DNA of 64,000 bases from Bdellovibrionota bacterium (GTDB taxonomy: Bacteria; Bdellovibrionota_G; JALEGL01; DATDPG01): NCBI GenBank assembly GCA_963668355.1, contig OY764265.1, forward strand, positions 2,144,001 through 2,208,000. Reading direction: 5' to 3'. Under the pieces are notes generated by a model that saw only the letters and a program-made list of their open reading frames with translations, did not search any database and was not told the origin of the DNA. The position numbers and the translations under genes were made by a program. Shown here piece by piece: positions 48,858 through 57,407 of the stretch. The stretch's first letter is position 1. Every line of letters starts with the position of its first letter.

Positions 48858-49682
48858 TTAATGGTAAAAATCGAATTCGTTTTGAAGTTCTACGGCCGCC
48901 TTGAAGGTTGTAAAGAGCTTTTCCAGCGTGGCCAAAGAAAGTCCATCCGCTTCTATGAGTTGTTCAACGCAACGATCCAAATCCCAGGAGGTGCTTTCCG
49001 AAAGGTTCTCTTGGAAGGGATACTCTCGAAAAGCAGATATGATTCGATGGTTCTCGGCATCAAATTTAAGGCTGGAACTGTTGTAGGACATGATGGAATC
49101 TGGGACTAGATTATCAAGAGCGCCAAATACATGTGCCATTTCGTGAAGCAGGACACGCTGAGGGTTGAGCTGAGCCCATAATTTAGTCTTAACTTGCGAG
49201 TAGTTTTGGACTGGGCAATTTGAGGGCAAGTCAAGAGCTCTAACCAAGGCAAAACGATTTAACCAAAAAGTTTCACCTAATAGCATGAAGTTGTTTATGT
49301 CAGACAATTGAGAACAATCGGGTTGAAACAGCGAGACCCCTACGATGAGGTCCACTTTTTCCTTTCGAAGATAAGTAATCTCTTCAAAAATGCCTCTGGG
49401 GAAGGTTGATTTTCGATAGTCACCCCAAATCTCAAAAATGCCGATATCTCGGATTTCGAAAGCAATTTGGAACTCATCCTGAAAGGTTTTGGAAACTGAG
49501 GCCATCCAGATCTTCAGTTTTTCTTGCCAATTTTCGTATCGTTCGACGAAGTACTCATCCGCCACGAGAAGCACTGAGACCTTTCGTGTTTGGGAAATTG
49601 GATCGTTTTTTCCTGGGGTGCTTTCCCCCGCGTAAGCTTGGGTTATAAAGAAGGCCAAACCAAGAAGCAGACTTTTGTTCAT
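48858..49682 (-). CDS. Secreted reprolysin/M12-like zinc metalloprotease
   Basis: Signal peptide (AYA), VLLVADE, HEMAHVFGALD (Asp as third ligand) and Met-turn SIMSY. Confidence 0.75.
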   Translation of the reverse strand: MNKSLLLGLAFFITQAYAGESTPGKNDPISQTRKVSVLLVADEYFVERYENWQEKLKIWMASVSKTFQDEFQIAFEIRDIGIFEIWGDYRKSTFPRGIFEEITYLRKEKVDLIVGVSLFQPDCSQLSDINNFMLLGETFWLNRFALVRALDLPSNCPVQNYSQVKTKLWAQLNPQRVLLHEMAHVFGALDNLVPDSIMSYNSSSLKFDAENHRIISAFREYPFQENLSESTSWDLDRCVEQLIEADGLSLATLEKLFTTFKAAVELQNEFDFYH

Positions 49683-49711
49683 GAGTCCTCGCATGCGATG
49701 CGGTTTACCAC

Positions 49712-49727
49712 AGCAAGACATATGCCA
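49712..49727 (-). promoter_or_regulatory. Putative sigma-54 promoter
   Basis: Minus strand TGGCATatgtcTTGCT, 30 bp upstream of the protease ATG. Confidence 0.7.
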
Positions 49728-49833
49728 CGGCAACTATTAGCACATGTTTAGTTATTGACGTAATTTTAGGGAGTTAGAAATTCTCGAAACAGGTGGAGGG
49801 GCGAAATCGAGACCAAGATCTCCCACCACTCCT

Positions 49834-49985
49834 GAATCGCGGGCCACACGACGGAATTCGATTAAACAGATTTCATAAATCCGGGGACACGATTCGGCTT
49901 TGGTCTTCGCCAAGCCTACGACCGAACAAGTCGCAATGCTACGTCGGTATGTATTCTTGTTTGGGCGGGGGTAATTGCGTAGGTT
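49834..49985 (+). repeat. GGGACAC half-elements and associated motifs
   Basis: gaatcgcgggccacacgacggaattcgattaaac, aaatccggggacac, cttcgccaagcctacg (resembles the 35.2 kb hairpin family) and cgggggtaattgcgtaggtt. Confidence 0.75.
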
Positions 49986-50058
49986 GGCTCTGGAATTAAA
50001 AATAGTTTCTCCGACATTCTAAGTGTGTACTCTTTGGAGGTTAGAAAGGAATCGGGAG

Positions 50059-50376
50059 ATGATGAGAAAAAGTGTTTTCGGAGTTTTGTTATTGGGAGTG
50101 ATGGTTTCATGTGTGTCATGTGGCGTGTTGTATGGAATTGACATTGAAGCGACGCCGACGTCTGGTTCCGCACCTTTAACCGTTTCTTTTGTTTCAGATA
50201 CAGATGGATACGTAGGAATCATTGAATATTACTGGAATTTTGATGATGGAGAAATTTCCAGAGAAGAAGATCCGACGCATACGTTCACTGAACCAGGGGT
50301 TTACTCTGTGACATGTGAGGCTACGAACGATCAAACGGTCGTATCCACGTCGGTTGAAATTCACGTTACGGAATAA
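50059..50376 (+). CDS. Small PKD-domain (lipo)protein
   Basis: ATPTSGSAPLTVSF, YYWNFDDG and PTHTFTEPGVYSV motifs. Confidence 0.8.
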   Translation: MMRKSVFGVLLLGVMVSCVSCGVLYGIDIEATPTSGSAPLTVSFVSDTDGYVGIIEYYWNFDDGEISREEDPTHTFTEPGVYSVTCEATNDQTVVSTSVEIHVTE

Positions 50377-50386
50377 CGAATTTTCG

Positions 50387-51031
50387 ATGGAAAAGCCTTT
50401 TTCAGAGTCGGCTGAGCGGAATAAAGAGGCGATTTTAAATGTTCTTAAGGAAGTCATCGTGCCTTCGGACAAGCTGCTTTTTGAGGTCGGTGCACGAACG
50501 GCCCAATATGCTCAGCATTGTGCTAGTTACTTTCCCGATTTGCAGTGGGTGCTTTCGGATGTGGCGGGAAACCAAGCAGGTCTGAAGCTCTGGATGAAGG
50601 ATTGCAAAAAATCAAACATCAAAGGACCGCGTGTTTTTGAGGTGGGGAGGGATGACTTTCCCATGCCCTATATCAATGTTGTATTCACAGTGAATACGCT
50701 TCAGGTGATGTCTTGGAAGCAGAATAAGACCTTCTTTAAACTTCTGGGAAAACGACTGCGCAAAGGGGCAAGGGTGTTGATTTACGGTCCCTTCAACGTT
50801 GGAGGAAAATTCATCACTCCGGGAAACGAAGCTCTGGATCGGCGCCTCAAGGAAGTGAACCCCCAAAGCGGAGTCCGGAACTATGAAGATGTAAAAAGTG
50901 GCATGGAAAAGAGATGTTTCGAGTTGTTAAAAGACTATGACATGCCCAATAATAACAAGCTCCTGTGTTTTTCGAGGCTTTCCCAGTGCGTAATTCGGGG
51001 GACACCGGCTTTATATTGCACAGCGAAATAA
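50387..51031 (+). CDS. DUF938-family SAM-dependent methyltransferase-like protein, possibly degenerate
   Basis: KPFSESAERNKEAIL, YGPF and MPNNN motifs. The Gly-rich SAM loop is altered (EVGARTAQY) and the stop codon lies inside a repeat. Confidence 0.75.
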   Translation: MEKPFSESAERNKEAILNVLKEVIVPSDKLLFEVGARTAQYAQHCASYFPDLQWVLSDVAGNQAGLKLWMKDCKKSNIKGPRVFEVGRDDFPMPYINVVFTVNTLQVMSWKQNKTFFKLLGKRLRKGARVLIYGPFNVGGKFITPGNEALDRRLKEVNPQSGVRNYEDVKSGMEKRCFELLKDYDMPNNNKLLCFSRLSQCVIRGTPALYCTAK

Positions 51032-51050
51032 GGTTGATGTCTCCAAATTT
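50992..51050. repeat. Hairpin element subtype B
   Basis: aattcgggggacaccggctttatattgcacagcgaaataaggttgatgtctccaaattt. Confidence 0.85.
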
Positions 51051-51157
51051 GCAAAAAGTGTTGAAGAAAATTAAACACACCATATGATCCATTTAATGTT
51101 GAAGATAGGAAAAGAATTCAGACGAAGTCATGTGTCTCGTTTTGGGTAAGAACTTCA

Positions 51158-53212
51158 GTGAATCGATATTTTTTATTTTTCATGGTTGTGCTTTTTTTGT
51201 TTGGTTGTTCCAGCAGTGATAATGATTTGTGTGAAGTTTCGATTTCAAATGCAGTCTCTAGCCAATTCTTTCCTCTTACGGGCGAGGTATATTTAACTTC
51301 TTCTAATTGTAAGATGAGTACTAACATAAATTCTCTCACCTTAACTGTTAATGATGAGCTTGTGTCAAATTCAGATGTTCAGATAGATAGCGAAGGCATT
51401 AGGTTTTCTCCATCACTAAATGAAGGAGAGAATCGAGTATTTCTTCTCATGGCGTCTGACGATGGTAAATCTATTGTTTATGATTCGATAATTTGGGCGG
51501 GTTCTCAAACTTTGACTGTGACGGTCAAAAATACGGAAAATGAAATTGTAGTAGGGGCCCAAGTTAAAGTGATCCTAGGAGATGATCATTCTTTTTTTTT
51601 GGAAAAAATTTCTGATGAAAACGGAATAGTTATATTTGAAAACGTGCCAAATCGCACGGTTGCGATTGAAGCTTTTGATAGTTCAAATGCCCATGTCGTC
51701 GAGCCTGTTAGTGGTGGTTCTGAATCGACTGTTGTAATACTACGAGGATTTGCTGCCCCCAGTGAAGTTAATAATAATGATCTGTCACAGGGAACAAATG
51801 GCTGGACATGGAGTGATGGAGCCGAAGTCGAAATTGTAACTTCTGTGGAAGAAAATGCTCTTTCCCAATTGCAAAAAATACAGCGAAACATGATACGACA
51901 GCCGCGTAACCCGAATCATTCACACCTTGTTCAACTACTAAGAGAAATAGAAAGAACTCAGAGTGGAGGAAATGTTGATCGAGCCATCATGCTTACAACT
52001 TCAGAACAAGGTCCGGCAACACTTTCACGTACCTTTCGAGTTGCAAGTAATGTAGAATCGTTATCCTTTAAGTTTCGATTTGAAACATCCGAAGTCCCAG
52101 GTGGATATTACGGTAGCGAATTTAACGATTATTTCTCTGTCACCGTTCGTAATCAGCGGTCCGGCGAAATTTATTCTTTCGGAAGGAGCATGAATGATGT
52201 CTCCTTATTTGCTTTTACTTCAAATGGAGTAACTGCATGGTATTCAGATTCTATTGACGTAGAAGAGAATGATATTGTTCAAGTGGATTTGGTTGTGGCT
52301 AATGTTTTAGATGGCTTGTACGATTCTTCCGTTGTGTTTGGTGCAATTGAGTCGACTCCCGTTCGCATTTCTGGATTCGAAGCGTATGATTTGGATGGTC
52401 AAAGCTTAGAGTATTTTAGTGGCGGAGAACATACTTATTTGGGTGGAACAACACCGGTTTATTCTACGGTTGAGTTGACTGGTTCTGAAGGCACGGTGAT
52501 CTCAGCCGTTAAGCTTGAAGTGCTACAGGGAGGGGGTGTTGTGGCTGAAGTGGAGTCTTCGGGCACTGAAGCATCAGCTTTGTTAGGTGCTATAGGTTCA
52601 GAAGGGAGACTTTCTGTAAGCAATCCAGCTAAGCTCTTTTCTTTTTCAGCTAGTAATTTGATTAATTTATCAAACGCGCTTGGTTCCAGTGTGACATTGC
52701 GTCTTCGAGTTCAAACCGAAACGGGTTCGGAAGTTACCAAAACATGGTCTCGTTCCCTGCCTGTTTTAACTCGTGTGACTGGATTGCAACGTTATAGTTT
52801 GCGTGATGATTCAGAAGGTGGAGACGATTGGGGAGGAATAAACATACAAACAGTACTAACGGATTTAGGTTCTAATTTTTTTGTGAACGATATTAGTAAT
52901 ATGCATGGTGGAAGGTTTTTACCACATGTTAGCCATAAAAAAGGCGTGGATGCAGATTTTCGTATTGGTTCTAACACGGCAGCTGTGGGTGAAGATGTTG
53001 TTAGATTATTGGTTTCAGCGTTGGACAATCTGTCGGCTTCTACCTTTGCAAAAATTAAATTTATATTTCTAACTTATGAAATAGGTGACGCAGAAAATTC
53101 GCTTACGCAATATATTCAAGGAGCTAGAATTCAGGATCGCATGGCCACAGATATATTGCGCTATGAACCTAATCATACTGGGCACTTTCATTTAAGGGTG
53201 TTGTCTGAATGA
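51158..53212 (+). CDS. Lipoprotein with Ig/beta-sandwich domains and a C-terminal MepA-like (LAS) Zn peptidoglycan endopeptidase domain
   Basis: Lipobox LFGC; C-terminal NDIS..HGG...PHVSHKKGVDAD (Hx6D) and HTGHFH (HxH). Confidence 0.75.
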   Translation: MNRYFLFFMVVLFLFGCSSSDNDLCEVSISNAVSSQFFPLTGEVYLTSSNCKMSTNINSLTLTVNDELVSNSDVQIDSEGIRFSPSLNEGENRVFLLMASDDGKSIVYDSIIWAGSQTLTVTVKNTENEIVVGAQVKVILGDDHSFFLEKISDENGIVIFENVPNRTVAIEAFDSSNAHVVEPVSGGSESTVVILRGFAAPSEVNNNDLSQGTNGWTWSDGAEVEIVTSVEENALSQLQKIQRNMIRQPRNPNHSHLVQLLREIERTQSGGNVDRAIMLTTSEQGPATLSRTFRVASNVESLSFKFRFETSEVPGGYYGSEFNDYFSVTVRNQRSGEIYSFGRSMNDVSLFAFTSNGVTAWYSDSIDVEENDIVQVDLVVANVLDGLYDSSVVFGAIESTPVRISGFEAYDLDGQSLEYFSGGEHTYLGGTTPVYSTVELTGSEGTVISAVKLEVLQGGGVVAEVESSGTEASALLGAIGSEGRLSVSNPAKLFSFSASNLINLSNALGSSVTLRLRVQTETGSEVTKTWSRSLPVLTRVTGLQRYSLRDDSEGGDDWGGINIQTVLTDLGSNFFVNDISNMHGGRFLPHVSHKKGVDADFRIGSNTAAVGEDVVRLLVSALDNLSASTFAKIKFIFLTYEIGDAENSLTQYIQGARIQDRMATDILRYEPNHTGHFHLRVLSE

Positions 53213-53895
53213 AATTTGTTTTTGCAAAAACCAATTTAATATTACTTGCTTTGGGATTTTCTGGCTTAGCGTATGGAGGCGATCTTTTTTTGGAAAGTTT
53301 AGCTCGTGAAAGTGTGATCAAGTCAAAAAATTTGGGGCTAGATTGGACAATTGTTTGTGAACATGGAAACGAATTCGAATTTGGTAAGGGAATTTTTGAA
53401 ATCAGCCCACAAGAAGAACGTTGGGTAAAAATGGATAGAGAGGATGGGTTCGAACCCAACTATTACATTCATACTCCAAAATGCGAAAAGCCTGTATTTT
53501 ATGTAAAAGGAGTAAATTTTCCCCAAAAAGAACGAGGAAAAGTACTTGTTAATCGAAAACACGCGATTTTATGTCAGGATCTTTCTTTTGGAAAACGAAA
53601 ATGCGATTTAACTGAGAATGGAAGGACATGGAGTTTCTTGGGGAAAATCACCTCTACGGAACTCCAGGTAAAAATATTTCAAGGGGAAAAGATCCACCTT
53701 GCACTAAAAGGGAAAGAAGAAAACTCAATGCAGGAACCTAGCTGGGGTGTTCTTTGGGCCGGTTTGTGGAAAGAACGGTTAATTGTTTTGATGCATGTGA
53801 GTCGTAATTACGTGGCTCGTAATTATTATCTTCTTGTCGAGAACAAAGAGGGAAAATTGGAGAAGAAGGCTAATGATTTTCGACCCGGTTGTTGA
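53209..53895 (+). CDS. Exported hypothetical protein, putative partner or immunity protein
   Basis: Signal peptide; ATGA overlap with the upstream peptidase gene. Confidence 0.65.
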   Translation: MKFVFAKTNLILLALGFSGLAYGGDLFLESLARESVIKSKNLGLDWTIVCEHGNEFEFGKGIFEISPQEERWVKMDREDGFEPNYYIHTPKCEKPVFYVKGVNFPQKERGKVLVNRKHAILCQDLSFGKRKCDLTENGRTWSFLGKITSTELQVKIFQGEKIHLALKGKEENSMQEPSWGVLWAGLWKERLIVLMHVSRNYVARNYYLLVENKEGKLEKKANDFRPGC

Positions 53896-53951
53896 TTTTT
53901 ATAGATGTCAGTAAACCATGCTTGTCATTACCTTTTGAAACTGTTCATTTT

Positions 53952-54019
53952 GGAATAAGGGGACTGTCGACGGTATCCAAGTTAAAGAAATGAGATGCAG
54001 TCGTGTGTCCCGCAATTCC
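53952..54019. repeat. Hairpin element subtype A
   Basis: ggaataaggggactgtcgacggtatcc...gatgcagtcgtgtgtcccgcaattcc. Confidence 0.85.
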
Positions 54020-54046
54020 GAAAATGTTTGGTCTGGGGAGATGGTT

Positions 54047-54256
54047 CTACTTTTTTATGAAGATTTTTTCGTTTTCGATTTCGACAATTTGACCCGGATA
54101 GAGTTTTCGTCCTTTTCGAGTTTCAACCTCGCCATCCACGCGTACGAGACCATCTACAATCATGGCTTTGGCTTGGCCTCCATCTTGAACGAGGGAAGCT
54201 GCTTTCAGGAGTTTTTTTAACTCAATGTATTCGCCCTGTTGAATGAAGAAATCCAT
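54047..54256 (-). CDS. S4-domain RNA-binding protein (YbcJ/YaaA-like)
   Basis: EYIELKKLLK...GGQAK..I..G.V.VDGEVETRKGRKL signature. Confidence 0.9.
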   Translation of the reverse strand: MDFFIQQGEYIELKKLLKAASLVQDGGQAKAMIVDGLVRVDGEVETRKGRKLYPGQIVEIENEKIFIKK

Positions 54257-54321
54257 GAGAGTGGGAGAATCTTAGGGGGAATGGGATCAAATGCAAATTT
54301 TCCTCTCAGAAACTTTTCGAT

Positions 54322-54831
54322 TTAACGTGTGATGGCGTATCGGAGAGCTTGAACGGATTCGAAGTCGTCCCATCCTTCTTTTTTCATGCCGACTTTCTCA
54401 AGAACTCTTATAGATGCTTTATTTTTAGGCAAAACAAGGCCGATGATGCGTTTGAGTTTAAGAATGTTAAAACCAAAATCAATTGAAGCTTGAGAGGCTT
54501 CGGTGGCTAATCCTTTTCCCCAATGCTCAGGCAAAAAGCGATATCCGAGATCGATCTCTTCTCGTTCCGGCAGGAATTTTAACCCAGCAAAGCCAATCAC
54601 TTTCTTTTCGCCTTTAAGCACACAAGCCCAGCGACCAAAGCCGTATTTTTCGAAATCCGGATAGGCTTCGATTTGAGCTTTGGCGGTTTTGAGCGAAGGG
54701 CAAGGGGGTTCATCGGTATGTTCCATCACCTTGGGGTGGCTATTTAGACGATGGAAATCTCGGAAATCCTTTGGCTCAAATGCGCGGAGTATGAGGCGTT
54801 CGGTCTCAGGCCCTTCACGATAAATCTTCAT
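54322..54831 (-). CDS. GNAT acetyltransferase (RimJ/RimL family)
   Basis: ETERLILR, LGYRF...HWGKGLATEA and NKASIRVLEKVGM motifs. Confidence 0.9.
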   Translation of the reverse strand: MKIYREGPETERLILRAFEPKDFRDFHRLNSHPKVMEHTDEPPCPSLKTAKAQIEAYPDFEKYGFGRWACVLKGEKKVIGFAGLKFLPEREEIDLGYRFLPEHWGKGLATEASQASIDFGFNILKLKRIIGLVLPKNKASIRVLEKVGMKKEGWDDFESVQALRYAITR

Positions 54832-54851
54832 CCAGGCAGTATACACGGCGC

Positions 54852-54944
54852 AATTCTGGGAGCACCGATGTCATTTCGCTGTGCAATATAAAGTCGGTGT
54901 CGCCAGATTCTATTCTAGAGTTTGCATGACACACAACTCAATTT
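54852..54944. repeat. Hairpin element subtype B (reverse orientation) plus a subtype C half-site
   Basis: atttcgctgtgcaatataaagtcggtgtcgccagattc is the reverse complement of subtype B; followed by tgacacacaactcaatt. Confidence 0.85.
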
Positions 54945-55008
54945 AGAAAATCGAGGGAAGAAGCAAACGTCTCGCAAATCCTTTCGGTTTCTTTGATCTG
55001 CGGAGTGG

Positions 55009-55557
55009 CTACCAGGTTCGTGTGAAAAGCCAAAAAGCAGTGTCGTAGCCTGGATCGGCGCAAATGAGCGCTTCGTTTTCTGTTAGCGCTGGGAATTTGT
55101 CGGATCGGATGAGGTTTCGAGGAAACCGCTTACAGAGGATGGGGGGCCAATCTTGACTTGTTTTGATGGCCAATTCTCCATCACGTTCTGTGAGTGAGAA
55201 TAGACCTTGGGGAAGGGACGTTCCCTTTTTCTCTCGATGATCCTCATACTTCACGTTGACGTCCGGTTGATCTACGCGAAATTCAAACTCACTCGCATAA
55301 ACAGGGCCGACGGGCTCGTCGAAGGAAATATGGCAAAATCCTAAAAAGTCGTAACCGACTATCTTCCATTTTTTTCCGGCCACATATTCGTAAGACGTGT
55401 TTGATTCTGTGTTCCTCCAAGCCCAGGCCAGTTCATCACGAAATGCGCTTCCAGCTCCATCGATTCGAAGCTCCAAACAAGAGGAGACCTTGGCAAAGAC
55501 AGGAGAAAGGGGTGAGAACCCCACAAGTAAAATTAAGCAAGTCCAGATCAATCGCAT
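55009..55557 (-). CDS. Secreted hypothetical protein
   Basis: RBS GGAG and a signal peptide ending VFA; lies between repeat elements. Confidence 0.65.
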   Translation of the reverse strand: MRLIWTCLILLVGFSPLSPVFAKVSSCLELRIDGAGSAFRDELAWAWRNTESNTSYEYVAGKKWKIVGYDFLGFCHISFDEPVGPVYASEFEFRVDQPDVNVKYEDHREKKGTSLPQGLFSLTERDGELAIKTSQDWPPILCKRFPRNLIRSDKFPALTENEALICADPGYDTAFWLFTRTW

Positions 55558-55623
55558 ATTAAATCTCCAAAACATGACGCGACGCATTGTCATTTCAAAA
55601 GAGCAATGTCAATTCGGTGGGCT

Positions 55624-55693
55624 AATGCCGGGGACACCCCGGAGGGTTTAAGTGCCAGGCGTATTTTTAGGATGCAATCCTGAAGCCTGCCAC
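55624..55693. repeat. Last GGGGACAC half-site plus a gtgccaggcgtattt motif shared with 48722-48736
   Basis: aatgccggggacacc...gtgccaggcgtattt...gcctgccac. Confidence 0.6.
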
Positions 55694-55797
55694 CTAAGCT
55701 TTTGTAGCCCAAAGGGGATTGCGTTTGTCCCGATGTGGAATGAGAGGTCTGATTTAAAATTGGTCAAAATCCAATACTTGGAGAAAGAAGAGGGGGA

Positions 55798-56082
55798 ATG
55801 AAGGCGAAAAAAGCCCAGGAAGTGCGGAGGCTGGAAGATATTCCCAATGTGGGGAAAGCGATTGCGGATGATCTGCGGCAAATCGGCATTACGGAGCCCC
55901 AGCAACTCATGCGAGAAGATGGGCTTGCGTTGTACCGGAAGTTGAATCAAGTGACGAAGCAGCGGCATGACCCTTGTGTGGCCGATACCTTTCTGGCTGC
56001 CGTTGACTTTATGAACGGTGGAAAGCCCCAGCCGTGGTGGAATTTTACGTCAAGACGAAAGAGGCTTTTGGGTGAAAGTTGA
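55798..56082 (+). CDS. Small helix-hairpin-helix protein (Cdd1 / 'mitomycin resistance' family)
   Basis: LEDIPNVGKAIADDL..IGI, HDPCV.D.F and PWWNFT motifs. Confidence 0.85.
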   Translation: MKAKKAQEVRRLEDIPNVGKAIADDLRQIGITEPQQLMREDGLALYRKLNQVTKQRHDPCVADTFLAAVDFMNGGKPQPWWNFTSRRKRLLGES

Positions 56083-56169
56083 ACAAGTTGCTAACTCATA
56101 AAAATTAAAAAAAACAATTATTTAATAGTGCATTTGCTTTACTGTAGCGAATCTGTTATTCTTGAAGGT

Positions 56170-56676
56170 ATGAAGGCCGAACTTCTGAGTGTTTTTAAAG
56201 ACTTGGACACATGGATCCAAACAGAAAACGAACAACGATGTGAAAACGAAGAGTCTCCATTTCCAAAAGCATTGGTTCAGATTTTTGGCCAGTGTGGTCT
56301 TTTGTTGAATTCGTCTGTGAATCTTCCTCTAGTTGGGACAAGAGATCTGGATGCAAGGGTAGAGTCTTTGAGCAAGGTGGGGAGTGTTTGGCCCATACGA
56401 AAGAAACTGGAGAGATTGCTTGAGTTTCACGATTTGGATTTGGAAACGGACATCCATTTGATCTGGATTCCAGAAGGTTCAACATTTTCTGTGTTTTTTG
56501 AAACCACGCGACTTTGCTGTGAAGTTCTAGATCCTCTGTTTCTTTTGTGTTCAAAGGCAATCAAAGCGAAAGAAAAAAACAAAGTGCTTCTTCGAGAGGC
56601 CATTCAGTTCTATGGCGATGAATTACGAAATCTAATTGAAAAATATGGTGGGGATTGTGGATACTTTGAAGAATGA
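56170..56676 (+). CDS. DUF6036-like (AbiEii-related) minimal nucleotidyltransferase
   Basis: IFGQCGL...GTRDLDA (G..x.DxD) and SKA...EKNK motifs. Confidence 0.55.
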   Translation: MKAELLSVFKDLDTWIQTENEQRCENEESPFPKALVQIFGQCGLLLNSSVNLPLVGTRDLDARVESLSKVGSVWPIRKKLERLLEFHDLDLETDIHLIWIPEGSTFSVFFETTRLCCEVLDPLFLLCSKAIKAKEKNKVLLREAIQFYGDELRNLIEKYGGDCGYFEE

Positions 56677-57145
56677 AGGAGGTAGAAGAGTTCAGAGAGT
56701 TATCGGTTTTCTAGTAGGAAAAGGGTTTTTGTGGACGACTTTTCCTGTAGATCCATTTTTTGGAAAAGTGAAGATCAAGGATGTTCTTTGGGTAGCCGAA
56801 AACAGAGAGCCCAGAGTTCTTGAAGTCTTTCCTGCGGCGTATCTTCACTTTCCCAAGACGTTTATTGGAAGGAGTGATTTGCCTCCAGATCTGGCCGATG
56901 TGATTTCAAGAGTAGAAAAAGGAGATATTAATCCGAGGGATGAATACAAAGGCATTAAGCTTACTCGAATGGCAAAATGGAATAATCGCCCCATAATGGA
57001 TAAACGAACAAGACCCTCTGACGAGAAGAAAGTGAACAAGACATTTCGAATGCGCAAGTCTCTTGCTCGTAAAATAAAGACTGTTTCCGAGCAGCTCAAT
57101 ATGACTCAAGTGGATTGGTTGGAGAAACTGATTCAAGACGCTTAA
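56657..57145 (+). CDS. Hypothetical protein with a C-terminal ribbon-helix-helix-like segment
   Basis: Overlaps the upstream gene; EPRVLEVFPAA motif; C-terminal KTFRMRKSLARKIK..SEQLNMTQVDWLEKLI. Confidence 0.55.
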   Translation: MDTLKNEGGRRVQRVIGFLVGKGFLWTTFPVDPFFGKVKIKDVLWVAENREPRVLEVFPAAYLHFPKTFIGRSDLPPDLADVISRVEKGDINPRDEYKGIKLTRMAKWNNRPIMDKRTRPSDEKKVNKTFRMRKSLARKIKTVSEQLNMTQVDWLEKLIQDA

Positions 57146-57407
57146 AAAATTTGTTCTAGGGGCACAATTTGGTTTCTCACCGATACGCCGGAAAGAGCTT
57201 TCTTCACAGAAATGGGCGATTTGGCGTCGTCTGCCTCACTCTAGCGAGAATGAAATCTTTTCCGGATACTGGGTCGAGTACGCAAAAAGTGATGAAGCAT
57301 TCGGAGTGGAACGGATCGAGACCGACAAAAAGTCCAATGAAATTAGTGTGTTGGTGAGGTTCTGCCATTCGGAGGATTTGGCATGTCTCGTGCTTTTTTT
57401 GTGTGTG

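Noticed and set aside
36031..55693. Classical integron or CALIN
   Set aside because: No intI; the hairpins lack RYYYAAC...GTTRRRY cores; cargo lies in both orientations and several modules carry their own promoters.
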